A stretch of 60,664 bases of DNA, counting the filler, from Trichosphaerium sp. ATCC 40318 (Eukaryota; Protista; Tubulinea), in assembly GCA_038496445.1 (NCBI GenBank). It is 4 parts of 4 records of this genome, joined end to end, with 100 filler letters (N's around TTAATTAATTAA, not from the genome) between each part and the next. Parts side by side here need not be neighbours in the genome. Positions count along the whole stretch, not along the records: positions 1 to 19,971 come from JALMLS010000129.1; 3 more parts are not named here. One strand, given 5' to 3'. Position 1 is the stretch's first letter. Every line of letters starts with the position of its first letter. Below the pieces are notes generated by a model. It made no database searches and was not told where the DNA came from. It worked only from the letters and a program-made list of their open reading frames with translations. Shown here piece by piece: positions 1 to 13,215 of this stretch. A program made the translations under genes and the position numbers.

Positions 1-1856
1 CAGTATGCCTGACGATCCAGCCACTGGTCGCCCATTTCCCTAAGAGGCCTCCTATAACAGCTCGCAACAGAGGTGTGAGAGAGTGTTGACTTGGTTTTTT
101 TTTCGTAATTTCTTATGTGATACTAGTTTCTCAAGAAGAACTTCGTTATTACTTGTCTTGGTGCTGATGATGAACTGTTCCATTATATTTTATACCAATG
201 GTGGTTGGACAATGGTGGTATGAACCACTTACTTCACGTACGTACATAGATAGACAAGGAGTATTGTTTAGTTTGCGTACATTAATTTTTTTACAGTTTC
301 AACCTTTGTACATGGAGGAGTTCTTGAGGCACTACTGTCCTGATGAGACTGACGCAAAAGATATCCTATGGAGGTATTACATTACTCCAGGTATTGATCG
401 ATACTCCGATGCTGCATTCTCGTTGTATGAGACCGGAAGCAAAGAGTGCGTACACCTTTTTCTTCTTTTGCCACTTCAGCTTTCTCCTTAATCGTTCTAA
501 CACCTCTGCAGTTCGGACCACTTAATTTTGGAAGATAGAATGGAATACCTTGCTAAAGCCAGAGCGTATGCACAACACAGTATGGAACAAAGTACGTACC
601 CTGAAAGCTTTTATCCTTTTAAACGAAATTTGAAGATTTTCGCAAAGCTATTGGACTCTTTGCCCTTTTAAGTTGGTTAATTACTCATTTCTCATAGACA
701 ATGTCGATAAAAGTCAGTCAAAGATGACAACAGATGTTCTGAGAGCAATTGAAACGAGTATACAAGTGCTAACTGTACAGAGAAAAATCAGAGAAGAATT
801 AGCAAATAGCGAGCAAGTTCCTGATATTAAAGCTGCTGCCTTGCATGATCTTAACCATAGAGTGCATCCTTTGGATACTGTACGTTGTATTTGATACAAA
901 CACGATGCACATAAGCATCATACAACACCTCATCAGCTGATTTTTCTTTTTAGTTGCTTAACACATATGCGGTTAAGTTTGTACTCTATGAGTCTGCTTT
1001 ACATTGCTTTAAAGCCGCTGGTACTGTTGATCTACCTATTGTTACAAAATTATGGGCTTGTCTTCTTGAAGGAGAGATAATTAAGATTAATCTATGGGAA
1101 GTGAATAATCCAGGACAACCAGGAAACCGTAGTGAGGCGATTAAGAAAAAATTGGTTAAACTCGGTAAGAGATGTTTGCCTTGATTGTTTTGTTACTTAT
1201 GTTGACTTTAGGTACTGATTTCTATCCTTCCGATCATGTGTTCCCTGTACATGAAATAGCTGCAATAGTTGAAGACTATTCTAAGCAGATACGTGATCAT
1301 GAGGCTTCATCTGCTATTGTAAGATTTTTTGTTGATTGGCTTTTTTTTGGTTGTCTTATCTGACATTCTTTTTAGCACACAGGACTTTCTTGGGATATTG
1401 AGTGGGTAGCACAAGCTTTTAGAGAAATTGGTGTAAACTGGTTGACGATTTTTGATAGCTACTCACGTGTAGTATCGATGGTAAGTCCAAATTTTCTGAA
1501 TAATTTTTTATTCTCCGACTTTTTTTTTCCTATTTTTGACTCGATCTTTGTGTACTCCCACGTAGGCTCATTTTTTTTTCTTTTAGAGCACGTGGCAAGA
1601 GCCTTCCAAACAAATACATATTGTATCAGTTATGGCGTATGTTATTCGACAACTTGCAAAGGAGACGTTTAATGATACAAGACCTGGTGATATTGCTCAA
1701 TTCAGAATGAGACATGTTCCTGATGATTTGAATGGATTGATACAAACTATTGAGAGTATTAAGACACTTCAATCAAAAGAACTCTCTCTTAAACTTAAAG
1801 GTCTTTTAACAAATGTTACAAATGCATTACAGACAGGAAGGTTTACGCTTGAATGA
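1..1856 (+). CDS. NUP155: Nucleoporin Nup155/Nup170-like, 3' part (multi-exon; 5' end outside window)
   Basis: Spliced peptides DELFHYIFYQW, ALHDLNHRVHPLDT/LLNTYAVKFVLYESALHCF, IVTKLWACLL, FYPSDHVFPVHEI and WVAQAFREIGVNWLTIFDSY follow the Nup155/170 C-terminal solenoid pattern; short GT-AG introns; stop at 1854-1856. Confidence 0.75.
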
Positions 1857-2171
1857 TGAAAGAACAAAACATCTTTAATAAAATACAAAAGAAAATTTTT
1901 ACCACCCTCGTAAAAACCAAACTGGGTAGTACCGGTTGTAAATGGAAAGAGCAAGTGTGCACTGTTAACAAGTTGATCTTGAGCTTGCAAGCACGATAAT
2001 TTAAGCAAAGTCTCAGAGACCGAAGGACCGATTTCAAAAAAAAAAACAAACGCGAATTTTCACCTTCAAACTATCGCCACTTAAGTGAGGGCGTCCTCGC
2101 CGTATTAGTTTAAACAGTTAACTCGCAAAGTTGTAAACGCATTTGTAGGTGATTAATCACGTGATTACCAA

Positions 2172-3623
2172 ATGTCAGCAAAGATTGGCCCTTACAAACG
2201 TACTAAAACAAGACTTTATACTTTATTAGATACTCCTCATGATATACAACGTTATTTATGCACTTTCGACGCTGAAACGTTTTTTAAATTCAACTGTCTG
2301 TCTAAAAGGGCAGCAATCAACACTCATTACAATACCAAGCTCGAACAGAGTGGTATTTGGCTATATTGGTACCCTTCCGGGAAGCTACAGTATAATGTTA
2401 TGATGGCAGATGGAAAGAAGAATGGTGAAACTAAGGGGTGGTACGAGTCTGGAGGACTCAAGTTTCTTTGTATGTATCTTAATGATAAGGCTAATGGTGT
2501 ACGAAAGTCGTGGCATGAAAATGGAGAACTGAAGTTTGAAACAATGTATGTTAATGGCAGTAGACATGGTGTTGAAACGCTATGGTTTGACAATGGACAA
2601 GTTGAGGCACGGTGTAATTGGGTTGATGATAAGCTTGAAGGTTTACAACATAGATGGTTCAAGAGTGGTCTAAAAAAGGCAGAGTGTATGTATGTTAAGG
2701 GTAAAAAGAATGGTGAGTTAAAGTTGTGGAGTACCAATGGACAAATTGTTCAACATGGTTTTTATATTGATAGTAAACAACATGGTGAGTGTAAATGGTG
2801 GTATGATAGTGGTCAACTCATGGAACATTCTATTTTTCTATATGGTAAGAAGAATGGAAAGCGTTCAGAGTGGTATGAGAATGGACAACTTAAAACTGAA
2901 GTTGTTTTTGTCAATGGCAAAGAGAATGGCGAGTTTAATGAATGGCATGAGAATGGACAACGTAAAGCGCAGTGTATGTACAATAATGGTGATGAGGAAG
3001 GCGAGCTTATTACTTGGTATGAGAATGGAAGTCGTAGGTGTCAACATACTTTTGTTAAAGGTGTGAAGCAAGGACAACATAATCAGTGGTATGAAAATGG
3101 ACAACTACACATTCAGAATAACTTTATTGCTGGCAAGGAAAGTGGCATGTACAAGCAATGGTATGAAACTGGAGTACTTGAACTACAAACTGTTTATGTT
3201 GATGGCAAGGAGAATGGAACGCATGATGAGTGGTATGAGAATGGAAAAGTGAGGTTACAATGCATCTTTATCAATGGTAAGAAGAATGGTAAGTATGAGG
3301 AGTGGTATGAGAATGGAAAAGTCAAGGAACAATCGTTGCATGTTGATGATAAGTACCAAGGCGAGGTAAAGCAGTGGTATGAAAACGGGCAGCTCAGGGT
3401 AAAATGTATGTATGTTGATGGCAAAAAACATGGTGAGGCTAAGGCATGGTACGATAACGGAAAGTTGAAAGTTCAAGGCATGTTTGAAAATGGGTTAATG
3501 AATGGCGAATTTAAGAAGTGGTATGAGAATGGTCAAATTCACTCCATAAGCTTTTACCACCATGACATAAAACATGGTGTAAAGGAGTGGGCATCAGATG
3601 GTCATTTAAAGACATGGGGTTGA
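2172..3623 (+). CDS. Intronless MORN-variant (YwqK-like) repeat protein with F-box-like N-terminus
   Basis: 483-aa ORF made mostly of ~24-aa repeats WYENGQL...Y.DGK.NG; N-terminal LLDTPHDIQRYLCTF resembles an F-box start. Confidence 0.85.
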   Translation: MSAKIGPYKRTKTRLYTLLDTPHDIQRYLCTFDAETFFKFNCLSKRAAINTHYNTKLEQSGIWLYWYPSGKLQYNVMMADGKKNGETKGWYESGGLKFLCMYLNDKANGVRKSWHENGELKFETMYVNGSRHGVETLWFDNGQVEARCNWVDDKLEGLQHRWFKSGLKKAECMYVKGKKNGELKLWSTNGQIVQHGFYIDSKQHGECKWWYDSGQLMEHSIFLYGKKNGKRSEWYENGQLKTEVVFVNGKENGEFNEWHENGQRKAQCMYNNGDEEGELITWYENGSRRCQHTFVKGVKQGQHNQWYENGQLHIQNNFIAGKESGMYKQWYETGVLELQTVYVDGKENGTHDEWYENGKVRLQCIFINGKKNGKYEEWYENGKVKEQSLHVDDKYQGEVKQWYENGQLRVKCMYVDGKKHGEAKAWYDNGKLKVQGMFENGLMNGEFKKWYENGQIHSISFYHHDIKHGVKEWASDGHLKTWG

Positions 3624-4604
3624 TAAAAATGGACTATTAATTCGGAGAATGCATCAACAAGCTCCGTTATAGAAAAAACCAAATAAATCTTTAGAGAGTG
3701 AAGATTCTCCTGTTGGGTTTCCGCTTTAGGGTTGCCGTGTTTATTCAATTTTGAAGTTTACACAGAAAGAGGGTACATATGAAGTATGTGTTTGTTTGGG
3801 CAGTCTGCTTCACATTTTTTTGTTTATCTTGAAGCTTGTTGATTTATAAGTTTTTTTGTACTTCCGCAGTGGCTGTGGTGGTTTGACAAGGAAATCCCTT
3901 TATACCAATGAGCTGTAATCCAATGTCCATAACTATTTATGCCTCATGGTACAGTAGTGCATGGGAGGAAAACAAATGTTGCTCCCGCTTGCAAGCACGT
4001 ATTGATGCTAAACACATTCATAAGATTAACAAACCACTTAGCTTAGCATCCATCGTACCTAGTGTACACTTTCTTAGGCTCATCAAGTACATTATAATAC
4101 AACAAGTGATGAATCAATTGATTCATCCTTATTACAAGAACGCAGAACGTGTGGAAAGTCCGCAATGCAATACAAGTTGAGGGACATTTGAAAAGAAACT
4201 AAAATCAATAAACAAACATAACAATTGACAGTACATAATTCTCATGGCTTCGCCTCAGTACTCTACGCCATCTTAACTCTGTAAAACAATTCACTGGAGC
4301 AGCTCTAGACAGTAACAGACTAATCCAGTGTGCATGCAAACTATGTTACTTGCCTAAAGTGCGCCCACAGTACACGTCAAGTGAGTGAAAATACAATAAA
4401 AATTATTCCCTTTGCGAGTCATTAGGTTGTGTAAGGTCCTCACTCAGTAGTGCTTAAAACCATTGGACGGAAACAAAGACAGCTGCTCAGAAACCATCTA
4501 GATGTGCTTATAAACGTGACAGAAACTAGACATTCTGGGAACCAAACTTAGAATTTGAACTGTATAATGAGTTTACTGAGTACGATTCACTTAAAATACG
4601 TTAA

Positions 4605-5243
4605 GGGCGTCATCTCAGATTAGTGTTTACTAAATTGTACATGCTTTGATTTACTTTAAACTTTTGCCACACTACAAACACGTGTATACACAGCTCTGTG
4701 TAAAAAGTTGGCTTCGAATATGAACTTCGAGCATTATGATGTGCTTTTTTTAGCAGTTTTTTTTATCTCAATTGTACATTCTCAGATTTTCCTTAAACTT
4801 TATATTCAAAGTCTGCACACATATTTAAGGTGTTTTTGGCAATATCAGCTTCGAATATAAGGTTTAGGGATTGAATTTTTCTTATTTTGGAAAGTAAATC
4901 TTAATTTAGTATTTTTTCTTTTTTGCAGATGCTTGAATTTGCTTAATACGCTGATATACGGTTAATGTATGTGTGCTAAGTGCAGTCATCAAAAATGAAC
5001 TTCAAATACAGGTTTTGTCTTTAGTAATAATGTAAAATAGCCTAAAATGTGTTTATATGATAGTAAAACGCGTTTTAGACACTTTTCGGTTTTGGCACAT
5101 CAGTTTAAGCAGTTTTTTTTTTCAATTTTTCAAAGGCGACCTGTGTTGCTCTAAATCGCTATGGAGGATGCTTTGTGTGTCTGGAATGCATTGTGTAAAA
5201 AGTAGCAAATTCTGTACGCTGGGTCTAATCTGAGAGGACGCCC
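4605..5243. mobile_element. Non-autonomous DNA transposon (MITE) with TTAA target duplication, Kolobok-like termini
   Basis: 19-bp TIR GGGCGTCATCTCAGATTAG vs reverse complement of CTAATCTGAGAGGACGCCC (1 mismatch); TTAA at 4601-4604 and 5244-5247; internal CTTCGAATAT-like repeats; no ORF. Confidence 0.8.
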
Positions 5244-5332
5244 TTAAGCGTTACTTTCTGTTGACATTTATCCGTTCTTGCTAACGCTCAACCCAACGTC
5301 TACTTTGTATTTAATTGCGTTATCTCTCAAAA

Positions 5333-7975
5333 ATGAACTCAGGCAACGATTTATCTCAAATACCGCTTGAGGTGACGTTATAATGCTTGTACACAAGGTA
5401 AAATCGCTAACGTAACCGTATTAGATGGCTCACAAGATATTTATGTTAATACCCATCAAACAAACCGGCAAGTCGTTTTTGACGCGTATTTAACGCTAAA
5501 ATGAATAGGTATTCTTCCATTGGTGTCAAAGAGTTGGAAAAAGATGTATTCCGCTGAATCTCTTTGGGTACGCATCTTACGCATCCAATACTTATCCTAA
5601 CATGCGTTACAACAATAGGCGATGATTTGTAGCAAATATAAATGGGTTCGCCGTCTGCCAAAAGGTATGACATGGAAACAACTGTTCAAAGACCGATATC
5701 CACTCCATGAATACATGTCATCACTTAGACTTGTAAAAGAAGGTACGACTACAACTTTATGTTATTTATTCACGCACGTGATTTTTATTATTCTTGTAGA
5801 AGAACATGATCAACTCTTACGTTTCTCAAATGACAATACAGAGGTCACGTATGTTGGTGAAAATAACAAATCTAGGGTAAAAGAAAATACTTTGTGGAAA
5901 AAAACCAAGTGAGTTTGATGTTGTTTAGAGTTGTCAAGCATCACATCCAATGAGACCACTTCCTTTTGGTAAAATTACATCAGTATCATACTACGAGATC
6001 TATGTTATTGATACCCAAGAAGATCCTGCGTGAGTGGTTATGCTCAGTTGTGTACTAACTTCAAAATAGTGTTATTGGTATGGGTGCTGCTCTGAAACAT
6101 TTTGAAAAAACCAAGGCGTTGCCAGGATGTAGAAAGTGTTCATACGGATATCACGGGTAATACTTGATTCCAATACAAAGTGTTTATTAATTGTTTGCGT
6201 TTTTTAGAGATGATGGTGGCTTCTACTTTCGTAAGATGGGCTTTTTTGTTGTGCAATCAAAAGTGATGGACTTTATGTTTAATTTGTTTTACTTTTAGAA
6301 AATGCATGGACATACACATTTAAAGAAAAGTGGGGACTTCATGATACAATTGGATGTGGGTTTGACTTTCAAGAAAAAGAAATGTTCTTTACAAAGAATG
6401 GCAACTTTATTGGCGTTATTCCTTATGTACTACTTCTTTTTCTTTTGTTTTCCTATTTTTTCATGACTGTTGTTGTAGCCTGATATTGAAGCACAAATGT
6501 TCTTTCCAACTATTGGCATGAGATCAAACAGTGCCAAGTGTAGTGTAAACTTTGGAAAAGAACCATTTCGATTTGATGTGATTGCATACATTGACAAGAA
6601 ATGTGAACGTACAACTTTCTTTTTTTAAACTCTTCAAAATATTCATACGTTCTAAATCATCTTTGTTTAAGTTGCTGATCATCCATTGAAGAATCCAGTA
6701 GTACCCAAGGTACTTTGAATGTAATAAATTTGATTTTTAAGTATACAATAGTGGAGAGATGCCCCAATAGACTGGAACGAGTTACTAGAAGGCCACTCAA
6801 ATTTTTATTGGATGCTCGACCAGATTAGTAAGTCAAGTGCTACTTGTTAATATACTTACCACATACACAGCTATACTTGGTGTATCAGCTTTCAAAAATC
6901 GTAAATTGATGAACTACATCAAGGAAGGCCTTGCTCAAATCCCAGGCTTCGATGCAAATACAGCATCATCATCGGTAAGCTTTTTTTTTCCTTCTACAAC
7001 AAAAAGTTACTTATTGTTTTCTCTCATAACAGGATATTCATGAAATGCTTTCATACACCACACAAATTCAAACAATAAACAACATCGAGACTGCAATGTG
7101 GCGCGCATATGATGGTGAAGATCCAGGACTACGTCTACCTCAAGTTATGTCTTTGCACGAATTTTTTTTATTTATTTCAAAACCGGGAACACCATGGCAA
7201 AATGAGTTCTTACCAATGATGGAACCATTCTTCCTTGACAAAGATGTTTATAAACCTAGTACGCTTATATTTACAACATCATCAATATTGTAGATACTAA
7301 TAACGGAACTCTATCATAATAGGTGACAGCGACAGTGTGAAAATGGAACTAGTTAAAACATACATCCCAATCGTCATAGCACAACACACAAAACAATCGT
7401 ACTCTTTCTAGTGGTTTCTCAATACTTTGTTACACGTGCACATTATTGGTTTTGACTTATAATTGATAATAGGCTTGAGATGTATTTCACTTATCTTGAA
7501 TCTCCAGATATACCAGACCATCATGATTTTATCAGATTTATTGCTTTGAAATTTGTACAATACCCATCTTCTGTTACAAATGATTTTCTCACTACAGTGG
7601 TTAGGAATGTGCTGATGGGAATATATCAGATAAAGAAATGCGTGATGCAGCAAGATCGTACGAAATAAAATACATGTCATACTTTTGGTTTGAAGTCTAA
7701 CAGTATTACCTTTAGTATCTGCATTAAGATGTTTGCTGATGCTATCAACCCTCCAAAACCAAAAACGAATGCTATTACTAAAGCCTTTGATGTGTTTCAC
7801 TTTATATTCTTTCCTGTAATTTACCTATCAACCTCGTGCGTCTTCTCTTTTTATTATGGTTTATTTTAAGTAAAAACTTACTGACTTATCTATTAGGATA
7901 TACCATGTCCCTTACTATTTTATTCGCTCTGTAAACACTTTGTGGCGCTACATAAGTTCGTTGTGGAAGCGGTAG
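5333..7975 (+). CDS. F-box + SPRY domain protein, copy A (multi-exon)
   Basis: Spliced N-terminus LSQIPLEMAHKIFMLIPIKQTGILPLVSKSWKKMYSAESLW (F-box; needs one GC-AG intron); SPRY motifs YYEIYVI, IGMG, LPG...SYGYHGDDG, IGCG, FFTKNG, FPTIGM, VNFG..PF.FD; TAG at 7973-7975, frame supported by synonymous changes vs copy B. Confidence 0.8.
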
Positions 7976-8203
7976 AGTTCTAGAAGGAAGTGTATTACAT
8001 GATTTGGTTCAAACAAAACAAGAGCTTTTTAGAGTGATTGTAATCACAAAATAAAATCAAACTCAACCAACAAGTGCTCCTAGATCATAATATTCTAGAC
8101 GCTGTACCAAATATAAGAATACACTACTTCACAGGAGTAGAATGATGAAAAAACTATCACTTCAGTAACTTTAAGTAGTTTGTTATGAAAAACCTTGTGT
8201 TTA

Positions 8204-9091
8204 TTAACCAATGCTAACTGTTTTTGTCCACAGGCATCCATCTACATCTACAGCACGCAGGTTGTACACAATACCATTTCTATATACATCCACTTGTTTG
8301 AAGATTGTGGTGACTGTAGACCAACCAGCAAAGTCAACATAATAGAATGTTCCATTGGTTGCAGTGGTGGCATAGATACCGAATGTACTCACAGAAATCT
8401 GAACAAACTGTTGTGCGAATGATTCATCAAGATCAACCCATGCTGTTCCAATTGGATCTGTGGGGGTGACACCATCCCTGTAACTGATTTTTCCATTCGG
8501 TTTAATGCCGTAAGGTACACCATCTTCATCTACATCAACATACTTGAGATTACCACTGACCTACACAAGCAATGAGTGTTGTTTCAAAAACTGTGAAGAA
8601 AAGTACCAGTTGCCAAGGAGCAGTAGAGCTCGCTTTGTAGTAAATGAAGTTATTTGGATTCACACCCCAGATACCTCCACTTGGAGTCACGCTCAGCTGT
8701 TTCAAGATACCAGGTACATGAACCCAATTAGAACCGGTATTAGATCCCTGTTTAGATTGTAAGTACTTTAAAACCACTAAAAATAACGTACCGTAGAACC
8801 AAGGCGATAGAATATCAGGTTGTCATAGTTTACACCCCACACGTTACCGTTAACACCGACATCAAGTTGTTTGAGTTGTCCTGATATTCGATTGTCGTTG
8901 GGTACGTGGTAGATGGTTTCACAAGGAGTTATTCCCCATTCATCACTTGGTCCAATAGCGACCTGTACCAGATTGCGAGTGTATGGATGACGATCCCATC
9001 CTGCAACTGTAGTTGATGGTGTATCAGTACTAGTTGCAGCATACGATACGCCAATGATAAGTAAAATATAAAATAAGAGATGCGTTGTCAT
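8204..9091 (-). CDS. Secreted tectonin-like beta-propeller lectin (3 exons)
   Basis: Signal peptide MTTHLLFYILLIIGVSYA; tectonin repeats GQLKQLDVGVNGNVWGVN, GILKQLSVTPSGGIWGVN, GNLKYVDV; two GT-AG introns restore the frame. Confidence 0.8.
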
Positions 9092-9691
9092 TATTGAGAT
9101 GTTGATTGTTTTATGTTGGTGTTTTTTGTTTTATTCTTCTTTGATTTATTTGTTGAATACTGCAAACTAAAAACTAAAAACTGCCAAGTACTTCATTGTT
9201 CACACTTTGTTCCACGCACCTGAGAATATCTATGATTAGTTGAGACCAGGTACGCGTTGTATCACGAACTTACCCCAAACCGCGAGTCTATCACGTGATT
9301 TTTACAAACCACGTTTAAGTTTAACTAGGCGCTTGCGATATTGATAAAGATGATGTTGGATCTAGTTCGTTAAAGAGATGACTCGTGGAACAACTTTTTC
9401 AGTGAAATATTAATCCCGTGTCCACTCCCGCCTGATACAATACAATCATAGATTAACTCGTACTAAATGGCCTTCAGCCAAAGTGCTATCAACTTCACGA
9501 TGCCCCTTGTATTTTTATCGAACAACTTATTTCTTTGCTGGTCTGTATAAAAACACTTGTTTGCACAAGCTAAGGTAATGTATTGTAGCAACTAGCTGGG
9601 GAAACGAAAGCGTAAGGAAATATCCTGAAAAAAAAGAATGGCTGTACAAACCGGGTTTCACGGACGTTTGAGACTTAGGGAAGTTGGCGTC

Positions 9692-10048
9692 TGTCATATA
9701 CACGTCTCACGTGATGACTTAGATGACTTAAGCTTACATATTCATGGCTTATTCGTTCTTTTGCTCTTTCCTTATTTGCTAAATCTAGGTTCCTGCAAAT
9801 TAACTAATCGTTCACATATTTGCTCCGTGATGTTTCGTGTAGACTATGAAAACCATTATCGATGTCTATAGTCTATTGGGATGTTATTATCACGAAACTT
9901 GTTCACGAAGTAACTCGAAGTCTATTCAAGATGTTTCACACGCCACGAGATACACTCACTTACTAGAAACGCTCATCTAAGACATTGTAATACGTTCATG
10001 TAATAAACAGATTTAACTAATTACACAAGCGTTACAACATCTCTTACA
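9692..10048 (+). repeat. 5' LTR (357 bp)
   Basis: Direct repeat of 16679-17035; one difference seen (GATGAC vs GATAAC). Confidence 0.97.
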
Positions 10049-10049
10049 T

Positions 10050-10060
10050 TGGCGACACGA
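10050..10060 (+). promoter_or_regulatory. Primer-binding site (TGGCGACACGA)
   Basis: TGG 1 nt after the 5' LTR, complementary to a tRNA 3' end ...UGUCGCCA (tRNA-Ser-like; identity inferred). Confidence 0.7.
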
Positions 10061-10275
10061 TCATTATTTTTATACCTTTGCGTCTCCTCCCGAGACTTCC
10101 TGTTTACACAAACTACTCACGCACTTTGCTTGGTGTGGGAGAACCTATACGTCGTAACCGTAGCTTTGCCAAAATACTTGTGGGCTGGTAGAAAACGCCC
10201 TCCATAACAGCTACGTCATTACTGCTTTACGTTCATCGTCTCTTTTGAAGTTTCTCTTTATCACACATTCACATT

Positions 10276-13215
10276 ATGTCAGGCGTTCCGATTTCCGAAT
10301 TGGAAAAACAGATCAAAGCTTTGGAAGCTGAAGTTAAAGAAGCTAAACGCAGAGAATCACGTACCTTTGCTACAACTGCATACACAGTCCCTTCTTCACA
10401 TGTTACACCTCGATCGGCGGATAGACGACAACGTCTCCAGACTACAACTCCGAAAGCTCCTCTGATGCCGAACCTAACACAAGAAGCTGTCGTTAAGATA
10501 CAAAATGCAGCGCTCAAAAAAGGCACGCGAAGAACTCGGCGAACCTGAAGAAGATGCCACAGAAGATGAGAAAAAAGAACACGAAGAAGCTTTGGGAAAG
10601 AAAACTCGCGTTTATTTCACAATACAATTCCAGAAGGTATTCAGGCAGAAACAACTGGAATTAATACAATCCGAGAACTTTGAAGCTGTTTCTACCGATT
10701 TGGATGCTCCTGTGGTTCTCGAAGATGAATATGGTGGCGATAGCAATGGCACCGAGCCTGCGCCTACACAACCGGCATTTATTCCGATGATGTCGAACCT
10801 CGAGCAAGATTTCACTCCTTTTTCTGGCACGAAGAAAGAGAACGTTCATATCTGGATTCAGAACGTACATACTCGATGTTCCAAGTTATTTATGCACGAT
10901 TCCATGCGAGTGGCTTTCATCGAAGACCATCTTATCGATCACGCGAAAGAATGGTATCAAGGACACATTCGAGGCAAAGAGGTCACTGCAGATGAGCTCC
11001 TCAACGCTTTGAAAGAATTTTACAGCAGCTCTGGCAATGCTAGAAAATTTCGACAAGAATTCAAGCGCTTCTATCAAGGAAACCTTTCCGTTCGAGAATA
11101 CGCCGCTTCTAAATCCGCTAAAGCTGCTTATGCTCACCTTCCTCTAGATGGTTACTCACAGATCGAGTCTTTCACAGATAATCTCCGAGAAGATATACAG
11201 ACGCAACTTTATTGTCACACTGGCTCTGAGTTCGAGACTTGGAACGAAGCTGTCAAAGCCGCTATCCGTATTGAAGAAGCTCTCGAGCGTATTGGGCGTA
11301 ACAAGAAGCGCATACAAAAGTCCAGAGGATCTACAAACTCTACAAATTCATCAAAACCGACGAAGAATACAAAAACTGGTTCTGGTTCTACAAATTCTCC
11401 TCCTCGAATTCCACGCGACAAATGTCTGGACAAAACCAAGTGTCCAGATCCCAACAACGCCTCCGTCAACAAATGGTGTGATAACCATGGCTTCTGGTGT
11501 GCTCATTCAACAGATCAATGCGGAAAGAGCGCCAAACAAAACTCCATCTCAGTCATTCCAACCGACAAAGAAGTGGAAGCTGCCCTCACAGAGAAGATTG
11601 TCAAACCACGACGTCCAATGAATTATGATATACAAGCTGGGATGTCTAGATTCGATACGCCTCTCAGTCCGTATCACCCTCCCAACTTTGACTTGAGATC
11701 CGAAGCCGTTATCACTGAGATAATGCCTCCTGGTCAGAATTATGTGGAGATCCGACTCAATGGAACTCCAATAACAGCTTTGGTAGACACTGGCGCAGAT
11801 AGATCGGTCATTCTTGCGTGTGCTCTCAATCTCATCAACCAACCCTACTCGCTAGAAGAAGCAAATGTAACCGGTACAGTTGCTAGTGGCGGTAAGGTTG
11901 AATTCAAAAACAAAACCTCTGCCCTTCAACTTTCTTTGGCTCCAAACATTGTCGTGAACGCTTCTTTCCTAGTTTCAGATGAACTCAGCGACATTTGTAT
12001 TCTTGGCAACGATATCTTGGGTAAACACAACATCGGCATATTCCCTCAACGCGGTATTCTATTGGTCAACGATCATCACGAAGTCCCTCTCATCAAGAAA
12101 CCATATGTTTCTAAGAAGCTTCTCAAACAGTCTATTCTCCGTGCTGAAGATGACGTGGTGATTAGTCCTCAAGAGACGGTTGTGTTGGCTCTAAAGACTG
12201 ATGTTTGCCAAGGGCTCATTGGAGTTGCAAACCTCTCTAAACGCCTCGCTCATGAAGGACTGGCTGGAGCTTGTGTTTTAAACACTATCAATAAACGGAG
12301 AGCTTATTGCAAGCCACCAACTTATCGAAACGCTCCATCTACCTTCAGGCAGGTCAAAGAGTTGGGCTCTTCAAACCTCTTCGTGCAACTACACAGATTA
12401 GTTGCCTCTCGACTCATATCGGTCAGGTCTATTCAGATGCGTTTATGGAACCTGCCACCTCCTCTTTCGTACGTTCAGTTGATCCTAGTGACCCAGCTGT
12501 TTCTGCTAGCGATGAATCAGTTGTTAGTGAAGATTCCGAAGAAGCGTCAGTTTCTGAAAGTTCTAAGCTTAACTCTGTGAAATCAGGAACAGTTAACTCT
12601 GACGTACCTACTTCTTCTGGAACATCTAGAGCTGGAGATAGCGATTCCAGTCTTCGTGTAGCAACAGAAGAAGAAAGAAAACATATCTTGGAACTATTCG
12701 ATCTTTCCGATAGCTCATTGACAGCTGAGCAACTCCAACGTGCAACCAATCTCCTCGCCGCCTATTCCGACAGATTCGAAGAAGAGATTCAAGCTCCACG
12801 TTCAACAGAAGTCAAACTGAGGATCGACACAGGCGACTCTAAACCAAAGGGTCAGCCTCCAAGAAGATTTCCACCCAAATATCGCGAATTCATCGAAGAA
12901 TTCATCCAGTCTTACAAACAGCGAGGTTTGATAAGACCTTCCACCTCTCCATGGGCTGCACCTATCATGGTAGTCCCTAAATCAAATGGTAAGCTGCGAT
13001 TCTGTATCGATTACAGACAGCTTAATGGCGTTACGAAGCGTGATGTCTATCCTTTACCGAGAATCGATGATGCTTTGGATGCATTATCAGGTTCTACCCT
13101 TTTCTCGACAATGGACGCTACGTCAGGATTCCATCAACTGGAGATGGATCAGGAATCAATCGAGAAAACTGCATTCATAGATCAAACTGGTCTCTATGAA
13201 TGGCTAGTCATGCCG
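10276..13215 (+). CDS. gag-pol: Gag - aspartic protease - dUTPase-like segment - RT N-terminal half (two frameshifts)
   Basis: Gag capsid motif FYQGNLSVREY; atypical knuckle CDNHGFWCAHSTDQC; protease ALVDTGA; RT SPWAAP, RFCIDYRQLN, YPLPRIDD, YEWLVMP. Frameshifts near 10520 (A6 run) and near 12300. Confidence 0.9.

Noticed and set aside
2081-2100. AGGGCGTCCTC matching the MITE TIR
   Set aside because: Only 11 bp with no partner repeat; could be chance.
9638-9871. Short ORFs overlapping the LTRs (also 16652-16858)
   Set aside because: Incidental frames crossing the LTR boundary; their identity only reflects LTR duplication.
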